Below the pieces are notes generated by a model. That model was given only the letters and a program-made list of their open reading frames with translations. It did no database searches and was not told where the DNA came from. The position numbers were made by a program, and so were the translations under genes. From contig CAYFPB010000001.1 of assembly GCA_964344895.1 (NCBI GenBank), forward strand, positions 16,069-68,289: a DNA stretch of 52,221 bases. The letters run 5' to 3'. This document shows positions 23,223 through 33,858 of this stretch, in pieces. Within the stretch, counting starts at the first letter, position 1. Every line of letters begins with the position of its first letter. The stretch comes from an uncultured Candidatus Peribacteria bacterium (lineage in GTDB: Bacteria; Patescibacteriota; Gracilibacteria; BD1-5; UBA6164).

Positions 23223-24015
23223 GCAAATAAAAAATATACTAAAAGATTTTATAATAGATAATATAAAATCTATAAAAAATGATAAATATCATTGTGTTTT
23301 TGAGTTAATTATTGATTGAGAGAAATATATTTTAAAAAAACAACAAAATTTTAGTGATTTATTAAAATTAAATATAGATAAGTTTCTTAGTGTAAAGTGG
23401 ATAAATAAAAATTATATTTTATATAAAAAAATTGAATGAACTTTACTTTCTTCTAAAAAATATAATAAGGAAGTTTATATTGATTTTATAGATTTTTTGA
23501 AATTATGGCATTGAAAATTAGAATGAAATAATAGTAATTTTTCAATAAAAAAACAGAACTATGATTTTAACTCTATAAAAAGAAACTCAAAACATTTATG
23601 AATAAATATAGGTGAATTAATAGAAAATATAAGAAGTATAGATTATAAAGATTATAGTTATGCAATTACGCATAATAATATAACTTTACATAATATCTTA
23701 TATAATAAACATAACTTTTATTTAATTGATTTTGATACATTTTGATTTTGATATTTAGAGGATGATATATTTTGATATTTATATTATTTATATCAAGAAA
23801 AAATTGAATTAGATATCATAGATTGAGTAGTAGATAGAATAAAAAAAATATATGGTTATACAGATGGACAAATAAATAAATTTTTATTAAATTTTATATA
23901 TAAAAATTTATGAGTTTTTTTATCAGAGAAAGATTATAGCTTTTTTCTGAAAGATAACTTATTTTTTGTAGTGTCTACATTAAAAATATTAAAAGATATA
24001 TATAATAGAAATTAA
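23209..24015 (+). CDS. Kinase-fold (APH/choline-kinase-like) protein, catalytic-loop Asp apparently replaced
   Basis: 268 aa. ITHNNITLHNILYNKHNFYLIDFDTFGFGY aligns to the HGDxHxxN ... IDFE/D pattern. It has N where the catalytic-loop D is expected. Confidence 0.45.
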
Positions 24016-24024
24016 ATATTTTTA

Positions 24025-24990
24025 CTATTTTTGGGACAGCTTTTTAAAAATAAGTTTTTTATTTAAGTCATTATTTAGTTTTCTAAAATATTTTAATCAG
24101 GCTATTTCTTTTTTTATCTTTACTTTATTTTGAAGTAAATCTATAATTTTTCATTTTAAAAAAAATACTGAACTATATTTTTTTTCTATACTTTGATCAT
24201 AATTATCAATATAATAATTAAGAATTTTTGATTTATTTGATGTATTATTAAATAAGCAAGACTTATTATTTTCTAATTTATATAGAATAGTATTATTAGT
24301 AAGGCTTTGTTGTTTAAGTTTTTTCATTATAATAATTACAGGAATTTTTCAATTTATATCAAGAAATATTTTATATCATGCTTTATAATTTCAACTAATA
24401 GAGTTATAATTTATGATTTCTGGTTTTAAAAAATATAAGTAATCTCAAATATAAGATAGAAGATAGACTTTTTTATTTATTATTTTTTCATATATATTAT
24501 TATTTAACTCTATTTTTATTACTAGTTTTTTTAAGTTATTTTTGGTAATAATATTTTTTTTGATTATTTCTTTAAAAAAATTTAGGTATAAGTTTTCATT
24601 TTTTACAATTGCATGAGGATAATTTTTATGTTTTAATAAATTAATAGTTTTTTTATCTTCTATAAAGGATTTTTCAATAAGTATTTTATTGTTTGAAAAA
24701 TCTTTAAGTATATTTATATATATTTCTTCTTGATTTTTTAATGGATTTACTCCAATAAAAATAAAAGCTATATTGTTTAGATTACTTTTTATTGTTTGAA
24801 TGTAGTTATTATCTACATTTATAGAGTATTGTTTTTCTATTTCTTTTTTTGTCTTTTGAGTTTTACAAACTCAAATTATATTATCTTTTACTCATTCTCA
24901 TATTAAAAAATCTATTAGTTTTAATCATTGACGTCATAGTCAAATAATAATAATTTTTTTAGATTTTACTAAGTTTTTAATTAATTTCAT
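24025..24990 (-). CDS. Rossmann-fold putative oxidoreductase, paralog of 12093-12857
   Basis: 321 aa, translated from the ATG (revcomp) at 24990. The N-terminus is MKLIKNLVKSKKIIIIGLGRQGLKLIDFLIGEGVKDNIIGVCKTQKTKKE. The stop (cta on the plus strand) is at 24025-24027, 9 nt from the convergent gene's end. Confidence 0.5.
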
Positions 24991-25061
24991 AATTTAATTG
25001 ATTTTTATTTTAATATAATTAAAATTTACTAAATTTTCAAACTTTTCTTAATAATATATTT

Positions 25062-25748
25062 ATGAAAAATAAAAAAGAAATTTTAGAATTTATTAAAAAT
25101 ATAGATTATTTATTAAAAATTACAAATTTATTATGAATTAATGATTATAAAAATTATATTTTTACTTCACCATTTGTATATAATAAAATTGAGTGATGTA
25201 AGGATACCAAGTCTATAATGGAAGAAATATTAAAACAAAAATTATGAAGTATTAATTTAATAGAACTAAATTTTCAAAATATTGATATAGATATTTTTAT
25301 AAAAATTCATAAATTACTTCCTAGTTATAAGGAAAATTTTCAGAAATGGATAAATTTGATGTATTATTCTACTATTAATTTAGAGAGTCAAAAAAATGGT
25401 AGAAAAATAAACAAAATATTTACAGATAACAATAAATTAATAAATATAAATACTTTAAGTGTTAAAGAAATAGTGTTTTGACTTGATTTAATGTTTTTAG
25501 AATGAAAAAAACTACTAGAAAGTAAAAATAATATTAATTGTCAAACAAATAATTTATTATTAATGCTTATAAGTGATTATAGAGATATATTGGAATGAAC
25601 AAGAGAAAAAAGATATAATTTTAATAAACATGAGATAGATAAAAATATGAAATATATTGAACAAGCTTTATGAAAAACAAGAATAGAGTTGTTTTCTTTA
25701 AATTTTATACAACTAATTAATAGTAATATATGAACTATAAAAGACTAG
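25062..25748 (+). CDS. Hypothetical protein
   Basis: 228-aa table-25 ORF (MKNKKEILEFIKNIDYLLKITNLLGINDYKNYIF...). No motif recognised. It is the first gene of the second plus-strand block. Confidence 0.5.
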
Positions 25749-25750
25749 AG

Positions 25751-26716
25751 ATGTATTTGTGATGGACTTGTAATAACAAATGTATTTTTTGTGTTGAAAT
25801 GAAAACAATGGAAAAAATGTGGAAAACTAAGGTTACAGAAGCTGAAATTTTTAAAAAATTAATTAAATATAAGCAGAAATGATATAACCATGTAACATAT
25901 CTTTGATGAGAACCATTTATACAACAAAATTTTTTATTTGCATTAAAAATATGAAAAAAGCTTTGATATACAATTATGGTAACAACTAATTGAAGTATGA
26001 TTCAATATGAAAAAATTGCAAAAAAATATTTGCCATATATAGATGAATTAATTATATCTATACCAATTATTGATAAAAATTTACAAGTTATAATTAATCA
26101 TACAAAAGCAATTGTTGATTTTGATAATGTATTTAAAAATATTGAAAAATATTGGGAAGGGAGATTTTTAAAGGTTAATACAGTATTAAATCCCTTAAAT
26201 ATAGATAATATTTTTCCAATTGTAGAATTTTTAAATAAATATAAGGTAAGAGAGCTATCTTTTACTTATCCTGATATAGATGTATATAAATACTCAAGAG
26301 AACATATTAAAAAATATTTAATAATGCCTTACTATGAAGTAATAAAAAAGATAAAAAAGTCAGTAGAATTTGCTATTGAGTCATGAATAAGGGTAAAAAT
26401 TACAGATATACCATTTTGTTTTCTACCAGATGAATCATGGATAAAATATACAGATGATTATGATTATGAGTGAAGAACTAAATTAATGTACCATTGATGA
26501 GAGTTTACTAGAAAATGAGCAGAAGAAAGAATTTGAGATTTAAAAGATGTACTTGATAAGAATAATGATGACCATCATTGAAAAGAACAAATAAATTCAA
26601 GAATGAGAAAATATGTAAAAGAGTGTGAAAATTGTAAGTATTTATGATTGTGTTGGTGAATAGCTGAATGCTATGATTATATTTATAAAGAACAAAAAAT
26701 TAATCCTATAATATAG
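25751..26716 (+). CDS. Radical SAM protein
   Basis: 321 aa. Motifs are MYLGWTCNNKCIFCVE, YLGGEPF and a C-terminal CENCKYLGLCWG. The track ORF 25997-26386 is an internal fragment in the same frame. Confidence 0.7.
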
Positions 26717-26718
26717 TT

Positions 26719-27720
26719 ATGAAAAAGAAAATAAAAAATGTTAAATTTGAATATTTTATTAATGAAATTATAAGAGTTAATTATAGATGTAATTGGAAAT
26801 GTATATTTTGTAATGTCTCAGAAGTTAATAATTATTGAGATAATGATATAGATTATAAAGAGGTTGTAAAAAAAATAATATTATTAGCAAAAAAATACAA
26901 TTTAAAAGAAAGAAAAAAATTGTTATTATCTTTTTCTTGATGAGAGCCGACTTTAAATAAAAACTTAATAAATTATATTAAATTAGCAAAAAAAATTTGA
27001 ATTTGAAGAATTCAAATTCAAACAAATGCAAGTTTGTTGTATAATGATCTATGACTAATAGATAACTATATACTTGCATGATTAGATGAAGTATTTATAG
27101 CACAACATTCTCATGATCCTTTTGTAAATAAGGATTTATGAGTATTTACAGAGTTTGATAAATTTTTAAATTGGTTTGAATATGTTAAAAATAAAAAAAG
27201 TATTTTATTAATTTTTAATATTGTTGTTACAAAACTTAACATATATAGTTTAATAGATTATTTAGATAAACTTAAAGAAAATGGAGTGTTTAATCATATA
27301 TATAACATATCTATATGATTTGTTCAACCAAATTGATATGCTTGGAAAAATAAAAATAAAGTATTATTAACATTTGATTGAAAAGAAAAAGAAGAGATTA
27401 ATAAAATAATTAATTATTCTAAACAAAATAATATTTTATTAGATTTTCATTATACATCTCCACCCCTTTGTATAGTTGAGAATATAGAGTATAATTTAGA
27501 ATATAAAAAATTAAAACTTTTAGAAGAACAAAGTAAAGAGAATAAACTTGATCCAAGTTTGGATAGTTTCTTTTTTATGAAATCTCAAAAAGTTAAAATT
27601 GATGAATGTAGAGGTTGTAAATATGACAAATATTGTTTTTGATTTTATAATAATTGGATAAACTTTATATGAAAAGAGCTTTTAGTAAAAAGAATCAATG
27701 AATTTAAGCAAAATTATTAA
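26719..27720 (+). CDS. Radical SAM protein
   Basis: 333 aa. Motifs are VNYRCNWKCIFCN, FSGGEPTLN and a C-terminal CRGCKYDKYCFG. Confidence 0.7.
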
Positions 27721-27771
27721 TTTTTTAATAGAATGGTAATTTTGCAGAAGTCCTTTAAGTAATAAAAATAT

Positions 27772-29397
27772 ATGTTAAATAAAATTAATAATTTTATAGA
27801 AAAATTATTATCATTAAATTTTCCAGATTCAATATATAAATATACTTTTTTGTATAATGAATTACTTATAAGTATTTTTATAAATAATACTTTTGTTTTA
27901 TTTTGAGTTAATTATAAAGTTAATTCTATATTAATTAATTACTATTCTTGAAATAAAACAATTTATTGAAAAAAGTTAATGCTACTTTTGTTAAAGTATG
28001 AGGAATTATTTTATAAAATATTAAAAAATTGAAATAAACAATTATCTAATTTAAGAGAAGAATCAGATTTTATAAATATTTTTGATAAAAATGAATATAA
28101 TTTGTTTGATATAGATTTAAGATTATCTTATACTTTTTTAGATGATTATGCTTGGAGAAGACAAATTCAAGAAGAGTTTTATTTTGATGAAAAGGTATTA
28201 AGTATCTATCACAGTGATTTTGAGTGCTCTAAGTGTTATTGACCAATAAAATCTTTTAATACTTTTACAAATCATCAAAAATTAATTGAAGAAAGTATTG
28301 AAGATGAGGATAATGGTTCTGATTTTTTATATACAAATATTAATGATTATGAATCAATTACAGTATGATGAAATGATAAGATTTCAGAAATTATTTCTGA
28401 TAAAAAATTATTAAATAATTATGATATAGTAAAACTGGATAAAACATGTATATCTGTTATAATGTGAGATGACTTAACTTCAATTATTAAGTATAATAAG
28501 TTAAATAAAAATAAAATGATATACATGGATCAAAATATAGATAGTCCATATAGGGCAGTTATAAATTATTTGAAAAATATTTTTATTAATGAAACTAAAA
28601 AAAATAATGAAACTATATTTTTTGGATTAAATAAAGAAAAAAATACATTTGAAATTATTGAATTTTTGTATGTAAATTTCTGAATAAAGGTTTGAAGTAT
28701 ATTATTACCTCATATTAATGTTAATGACTTGGAAAATATTTTAAATTATAAGTTGGCTGTATTTTTTACTTGAAGAGAGGTTAAGGCTCAGAGTGTTTTT
28801 AAGCTTTATCCAATAGATAATATTGAATTAACTATTCCATATGGCTTAACTAATATGTATAATTTTTATAAAAATGTTCTTAGGAAATACTGAAAAGATA
28901 ATGAAATAAGTATAGTCCAGGATTATATAAATAATCTAAAAAGTACAAATATATCATTATTTGAAAAATCAAAATGATTATGAATTGGATTTGTTATTTT
29001 TGATTTTCATATAAAATATTTTCTTGAGGATAACTTTAGGGGAGTTCCTATTTTATCCTTATTAGAGGATATGTGATTTAATATTAATTTTTTTATTTTT
29101 AAAAATTCAAATAAATATGCATTAGATATAGAAAAGTTTAGAAATATGTGATTTAATATATTATTTTCACAAGATAAAAAAAAGTTAGATAACTTTATTT
29201 CTTCAGAAAATACTCAATTATTTTATTCTGAAATTTCCAATGATTTAAGAATTTTATCTAAACACAAACAACAGTTTTCAATATGAGATTTAGAGTATTG
29301 AATAGAAGGTTTTTTTAGAACATTTAAATTGTTAATTAATAAGTGTGAAAAGGTAAAATATATTGAAAAAAATTTTGTTTATTATTTAAATAAGTAA
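27772..29397 (+). CDS. Nitrogenase component-1-type oxidoreductase family protein (NifD/K/E/N, BchN/B, CfbD-like), long form with ~190-aa N-terminal extension
   Basis: 541 aa, every codon hand-checked. ESITVGGNDKISEII and KLDKTCISVIMGDDLTSII match the family pattern (E.d.VfGG..kl...I; v..tC..e.iGDDi). It is directly followed by a shorter paralog and a NifH-like gene. Confidence 0.55.
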
Positions 29398-29398
29398 T

Positions 29399-30607
29399 AT
29401 GGATTTAGTTGAAAAATATTCTCAAGTTTATGGTAGCCCTTTCTTGACAGGTGTATTTATGTGAGTGAATGCTATTAGAGATGTAGCTTTATATGTTGAT
29501 TGACCTGATTGTATATTTTATAAATCTGATTTGTTGTATAAAACTCATGATATTTTTTCAGATTTAAAAAGTATTAATACTGATACAAAACTATATTTTT
29601 CATGAAAAATGCCAAATAAAATGGTAAGAGCTTATGATGATAAAATAAAATCTAAGTTAAAATATATAGATGCTAATAAAAAATTTAATTTATGAGTTAT
29701 CACTTGTATGCCTGTTACTTGATTACTTGCAACACAATATAATAATATATTTTCTGATTTAAAAAAAGACTTTATTTTTGTTCCATCATATACAGATAAA
29801 TTTCGGATTGATTGATATTCTATTTTCTTGAGAGAATTAGCTAAAAATATGGACTTTAATTTAAATAAAGAAAAAAAGAAGTTAAATATTTCAATAATTT
29901 GATATTTATATGATAGAAACGAATGAGATTGTATTTGAAATATTGAGGAAATAAGAAGAATTTTATGATTAATTTGAGTAAAAATTAATTCTATATGGTT
30001 AGATTGATGAAAATTAGATGATTTAAAAAATATTAAAGAATCAGAGTTATTAGTATCTTTACCAAATTGACTTTATGCTTCAAAAATATTATCAAAGAAA
30101 TTATGAGTCCCTTATATAGATTTAAATATACCATTTTGATTAAAATCTACAATTGATTTTATTAATAATATATGAAAGAAATTATCAATAGATGATTCTA
30201 TTTTATTTAAGGTTATACAAACAGAGTTAAAAATTATTAAAAAGTCAACAGATTTTATAGATGATAGAGTATTTTCAGGAATAAATTATATATATTGATG
30301 AAATCCTGATTTAAAAGAAGGTATTGTTGATATATGAAATTATTTATGAATGAATATTTTGAAATCTTATTCATATACATGAGATAAGTTACCAAATAAA
30401 TTAGATATTGATTCAAATAAATTAAATTTGCTTATATGAAATTCAGATTTTTTTATTGATTGATTAGACTATAAAAAGATAGAGTTTTGATTTCCTTCAT
30501 ATAATACACATTATTTATTAAATAGACCATATATGTGATTTAAGGGATTTTTGATTTTTATTGAAAATCTATATAATGAGTTAAAAAAGGAAAATCCTTT
30601 ATACTAA
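29399..30607 (+). CDS. Nitrogenase component-1-type oxidoreductase family protein, short form
   Basis: 402 aa, every codon hand-checked. FMGVNAIRDVALYVDGPDCIFY matches the family pattern Ga..a...i.da..l.HGp.gC. It also has LGVITCMPVTGLL and a C-terminal IEFGFPSYNTHYLLNRPYMGFKGFLIFIENL. Confidence 0.65.
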
Positions 30608-30642
30608 AAAATAGTTGTTTTTTTATAATTTAATTTATATAT

Positions 30643-31461
30643 ATGAAAAAAATTGTTATATACTGAAAATGATGAATTTGAAAATCAACTACTTCAACTC
30701 ATTTATCTGTTGCATTTGCAAAAACTTGATTAAAAGTATTACAAGTTTGATGTGATCCAAAACATGATTCTTGTAAAAGAATTTTAGACTGAGTAAGAGA
30801 TATTCCAACTGTTATTGAGTTATCAAAAAATAGAGATATTTTTGATTTTACAAAAGATTTAATAGTTCATGAGTGAAGGTTTTGAATTGATTGTATAGAA
30901 GCTTGAGGGCCAATAGCTTGATTATGATGTGCTTGAAGGTGAATATCTCTCATGTTTGAAATATTTGAGGAGATTTGATTATTAGATGAAAAAAATTATG
31001 ATGTAGTCATCTTTGATGTACTTTGAGATGTTGTTTGCTGATGATTTGCATCACCCTTAAAAATATGATTTGCTGATCAAGTATATATAGTGTTATCTGA
31101 AGAAATAATGAGTATGTATGCAGCTAATAATATATCAAAAGCAATTGTTAATTATAAAAATAATTGAATATGACTATCTTGAGTTATTTTAAATTTGAGA
31201 AGTAATGATAGTGATATATCTGTTGTTAAAGATTTTTGTAGAACTATATGAACAGATATTGTGTGAATAATTAAAAGGTCTTCTTGAATTCTGAAAGCTG
31301 AAAAAAAGAATATGACTCTTTATGAATTTGATGAATTAGATACAGATTTAGAAGAGTATGATAATTTAAGAGATTTTATATTTAATAATTCAATAAAAAT
31401 AATTCCAAAACCTTTTACAGATAAAGATTTTGATGATTTTATTTATGATAGATTTTATTAA
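30643..31461 (+). CDS. NifH/BchL/CfbC-family ATPase ([4Fe-4S] Fe-protein-like)
   Basis: 272 aa, every codon hand-checked. Motifs are IYGKGGIGKSTTS (Walker A), LQVGCDPKHDS, CIEAGGPIAGLGCAGRGI and FDVLGDVVCGGFASP. Both canonical cluster Cys are present, plus YIVLSEEIMSMYAANNI. Confidence 0.85.
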
Positions 31462-31472
31462 TAAAAAAAAGA

Positions 31473-32387
31473 ATGAAATATAGTATAATAAATCATATTA
31501 CAAGCTCATGTAATTACAATTGTACTTATTGTGATGTTATTAAGGATGGAAAAAAACTGGATGTTGAAAAAATAGATGAAATTATTGAGTTTATAAAAAT
31601 AAATTATAAGAACATTTGAGATTTTAAATTCTTTTGATGAGAACCATTATTAGTTTTTAGGCAAATAGAAAAGATAATAGTAAATACAAAAAAATATATT
31701 GAAAATGATTTTTTTGAGATTGTAACTAATACCTCATTGTTAAGTGATAAACATTTAGATTTTTTTTCAAATAATTTTAAAACTATCTATTTAAGTATAG
31801 ACAATGAAAATAATTTTAATAAAGATTTATTTAATAAAATTATTAATGATTATAATACAATAGAAAAAAAAATATATATAAATCTTGTAATAGATCCAGC
31901 TAAAATAAAACAAGCAAGAGAATTATTTTTTGAACTTTATAATTTATGATTTAAGTGATACAATTTATTACCTGTATATTTTACTAAAACTTGGACGAAA
32001 CATCAACTTTTAGATTTATCAAATTTTATTAGAGAAGTTTTAGATATTAGTTTAAATGATAAATGATTAAGAATGTATTGATTTATAAAAGAAAAATGAG
32101 ATGATTCAAAATTATCATATAATTCATTATTTTTAGATACTGATCTTAAAGTTTATTATTCAGATATTGTTTCAACATATATGTGAAAAAAATATAAAAA
32201 ATGATTATTTATATGAAATACATATGAATTATTGTTAAATAAATTATCTGATGAAATAATTAAAGACAAAAAGAAATTATTTGAAGCTATAGAAAATAGT
32301 ATAATAAATAATAAAATATGACAATTTCAATTGCATAAAATAATGGATTATTTTTCTGAATATTTAAATAAAAAAACTAACTTATAG
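31473..32387 (+). CDS. Radical SAM protein (paralog of 7646-8545)
   Basis: 304 aa. Motifs are SSCNYNCTYCD, FFGGEPLLV and LLPVYFTKTW. The track ORF 31737-31949 is an internal fragment in the same frame. Confidence 0.7.
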
Positions 32388-32398
32388 TTAGTTTTTTT
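32370..32398. terminator. Hairpin shared by convergent genes (bidirectional terminator candidate)
   Basis: The stem aaaaaaactaac / gttagttttttt is 12 bp with a ttata loop, flanked by A and T runs. The two convergent CDS ends (32387 plus, 32377 minus) lie inside it. Confidence 0.5.
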
Positions 32399-33678
32399 AT
32401 TATTTCTAATAAGTAATTTGAAATATATAATATTACTTTATTGTCTAAAAAGTAAGTAACTAAAAATCAAATAAAAATATAAGGAGCAAAAGCAAATACT
32501 TTAAGAATTCTTATATTATTTAAAGCTTTAATATTATGTTTTATATGACTATCTGATACTATTTTATATATTTTTTGCAGTTTTTTTACATCTTTTTTTT
32601 CTAAAGGTAGTTCTATATTATAAAAATAGTGTGTAGGGGTACTTTCAAAAAGATTTTTATTTTGAATTAATATATCTTGTTTTCAAAAAGTTTGAATTAA
32701 GTGATTTTTATCAATTATATCTCATATTTTTAGATTTTTTATATTAATATAGATCATCTCTGAGATTCAGAAAGTTAATTTATAACTATAAACTAGTACT
32801 TTAAAAGTAATATAAATTAGTATATATAATGTAAAAATAATGACTAGAGAATTAATAATTTCTTCAGGATTTATTAAGTATTGTTTAAATATAAAAATTC
32901 ATAATAAGATAGATAATAATAGTACAAAAAATCATTGTATAATACTTGTTTTAATTCATGATATTTTTTTAAAATATTCTTTAAATATATTTAATACTTT
33001 TATCACTAAGAAAAGTCAAGCTAAAAATATTAGAATAAATCAAAATATTAGATAGAAGTGATATTCCTGTATTAAAGTATTTATAAAATTAAATCAGTTT
33101 TGGTTTTCTGTTATTAACTCATTGAATAAGTATATTCTAGATAATCTTATACATGTAAAAATTATTAAAAAAATAAGTAATCAATTTAATATTATTGAAA
33201 AATTATTTCATCATTTATTTTTTTTATAATTAATCCACTTTTCTTTTAAGTCAAGTTTTATATTATATATTATATTTTTGATATGTCATTTATAAAAAAA
33301 ACATTTACCAAGATAAAACCAAAAGAAATAAGCTATTAAATAAGCTAAAGTAATAAGTGCTATATTTCATATAAATGGTACTATTCCTATTTGAGGAATA
33401 TATAAGCTTAATACAAGTAAGTATTTAGCATCTCAAGCAGCCCATAATCAAAAATAAAATAATAGAAAAGAAACTAAGAAAGCAAGAAATGTTTGAATAA
33501 AAAAAGAAGCTAGATTTATATCATAACTAACAAAAGTAAAAATATATGAAAATGGTAATAAAACTAACAAATATATTAAATATTTGTTAGGTATTTTTTT
33601 TGTTTTTATATCTGAATATACTATTTTAAAATTTATGTATAAAAATAAAATAATTATTATGTAAAAAATATATCCCAT
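32377..33678 (-). CDS. Polytopic membrane protein with an N-terminal A24 (prepilin/preflagellin peptidase)-like domain and a long C-terminal extension
   Basis: 433 aa, translated in 60-nt blocks. IVYSDIKTKKIPN and GLWAAGDAKYLLVL are two Asp motifs typical of family A24, and the G before the second D is TGA. Several further hydrophobic segments follow, then a ~130-aa hydrophilic tail. Confidence 0.6.
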
Positions 33679-33802
33679 TAATTATGTATAAAAAATATTA
33701 ATATAATTATATTAATATAATTATATTATGCAAAAAATACTAACAATATTTGTAATATATTTAAAAATATTAGATAATAATTAAAAAAATAAAAATAATT
33801 TT

Positions 33803-33843
33803 AAAATATTACTATTTTAGTTATACTAAAATAGTAATATTTT
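33803..33843. promoter_or_regulatory. Perfect 18-bp inverted repeat (5-nt spacer) 16 nt upstream of the 33859 start codon
   Basis: The arms are aaaatattactattttag and ctaaaatagtaatatttt, separated by ttata. It lies in the divergent intergenic region between 33678 (minus-strand start) and 33859 (plus-strand start). Confidence 0.4.
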
Positions 33844-33858
33844 TTGTATAGTAGAAAA

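Noticed and set aside
27733-27762. Mini-ORF atg gta att ttg cag aag tcc ttt aag taa (MVILQKSFK) in the 51-nt gap before the nitrogenase-like genes, considered as a possible precursor peptide
   Set aside because: It has only 9 codons, no repeat or Cys/His/Ser-rich core, and no similarity to the HxsA-like proteins. It is indistinguishable from chance in this composition.
27772-31461. A genuine nifHDK nitrogen-fixation operon
   Set aside because: The two component-1-type proteins are short or atypical (402 aa; and 541 aa with an unrelated N-terminal extension). I do not see the extended NifD/NifK features. No nifB/E/N/V-type partners are evident, and the neighbours are rSAM peptide-maturase-like genes. 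A nitrogenase-like (Nfl) reductase is the more defensible call. Phylogeny is needed.
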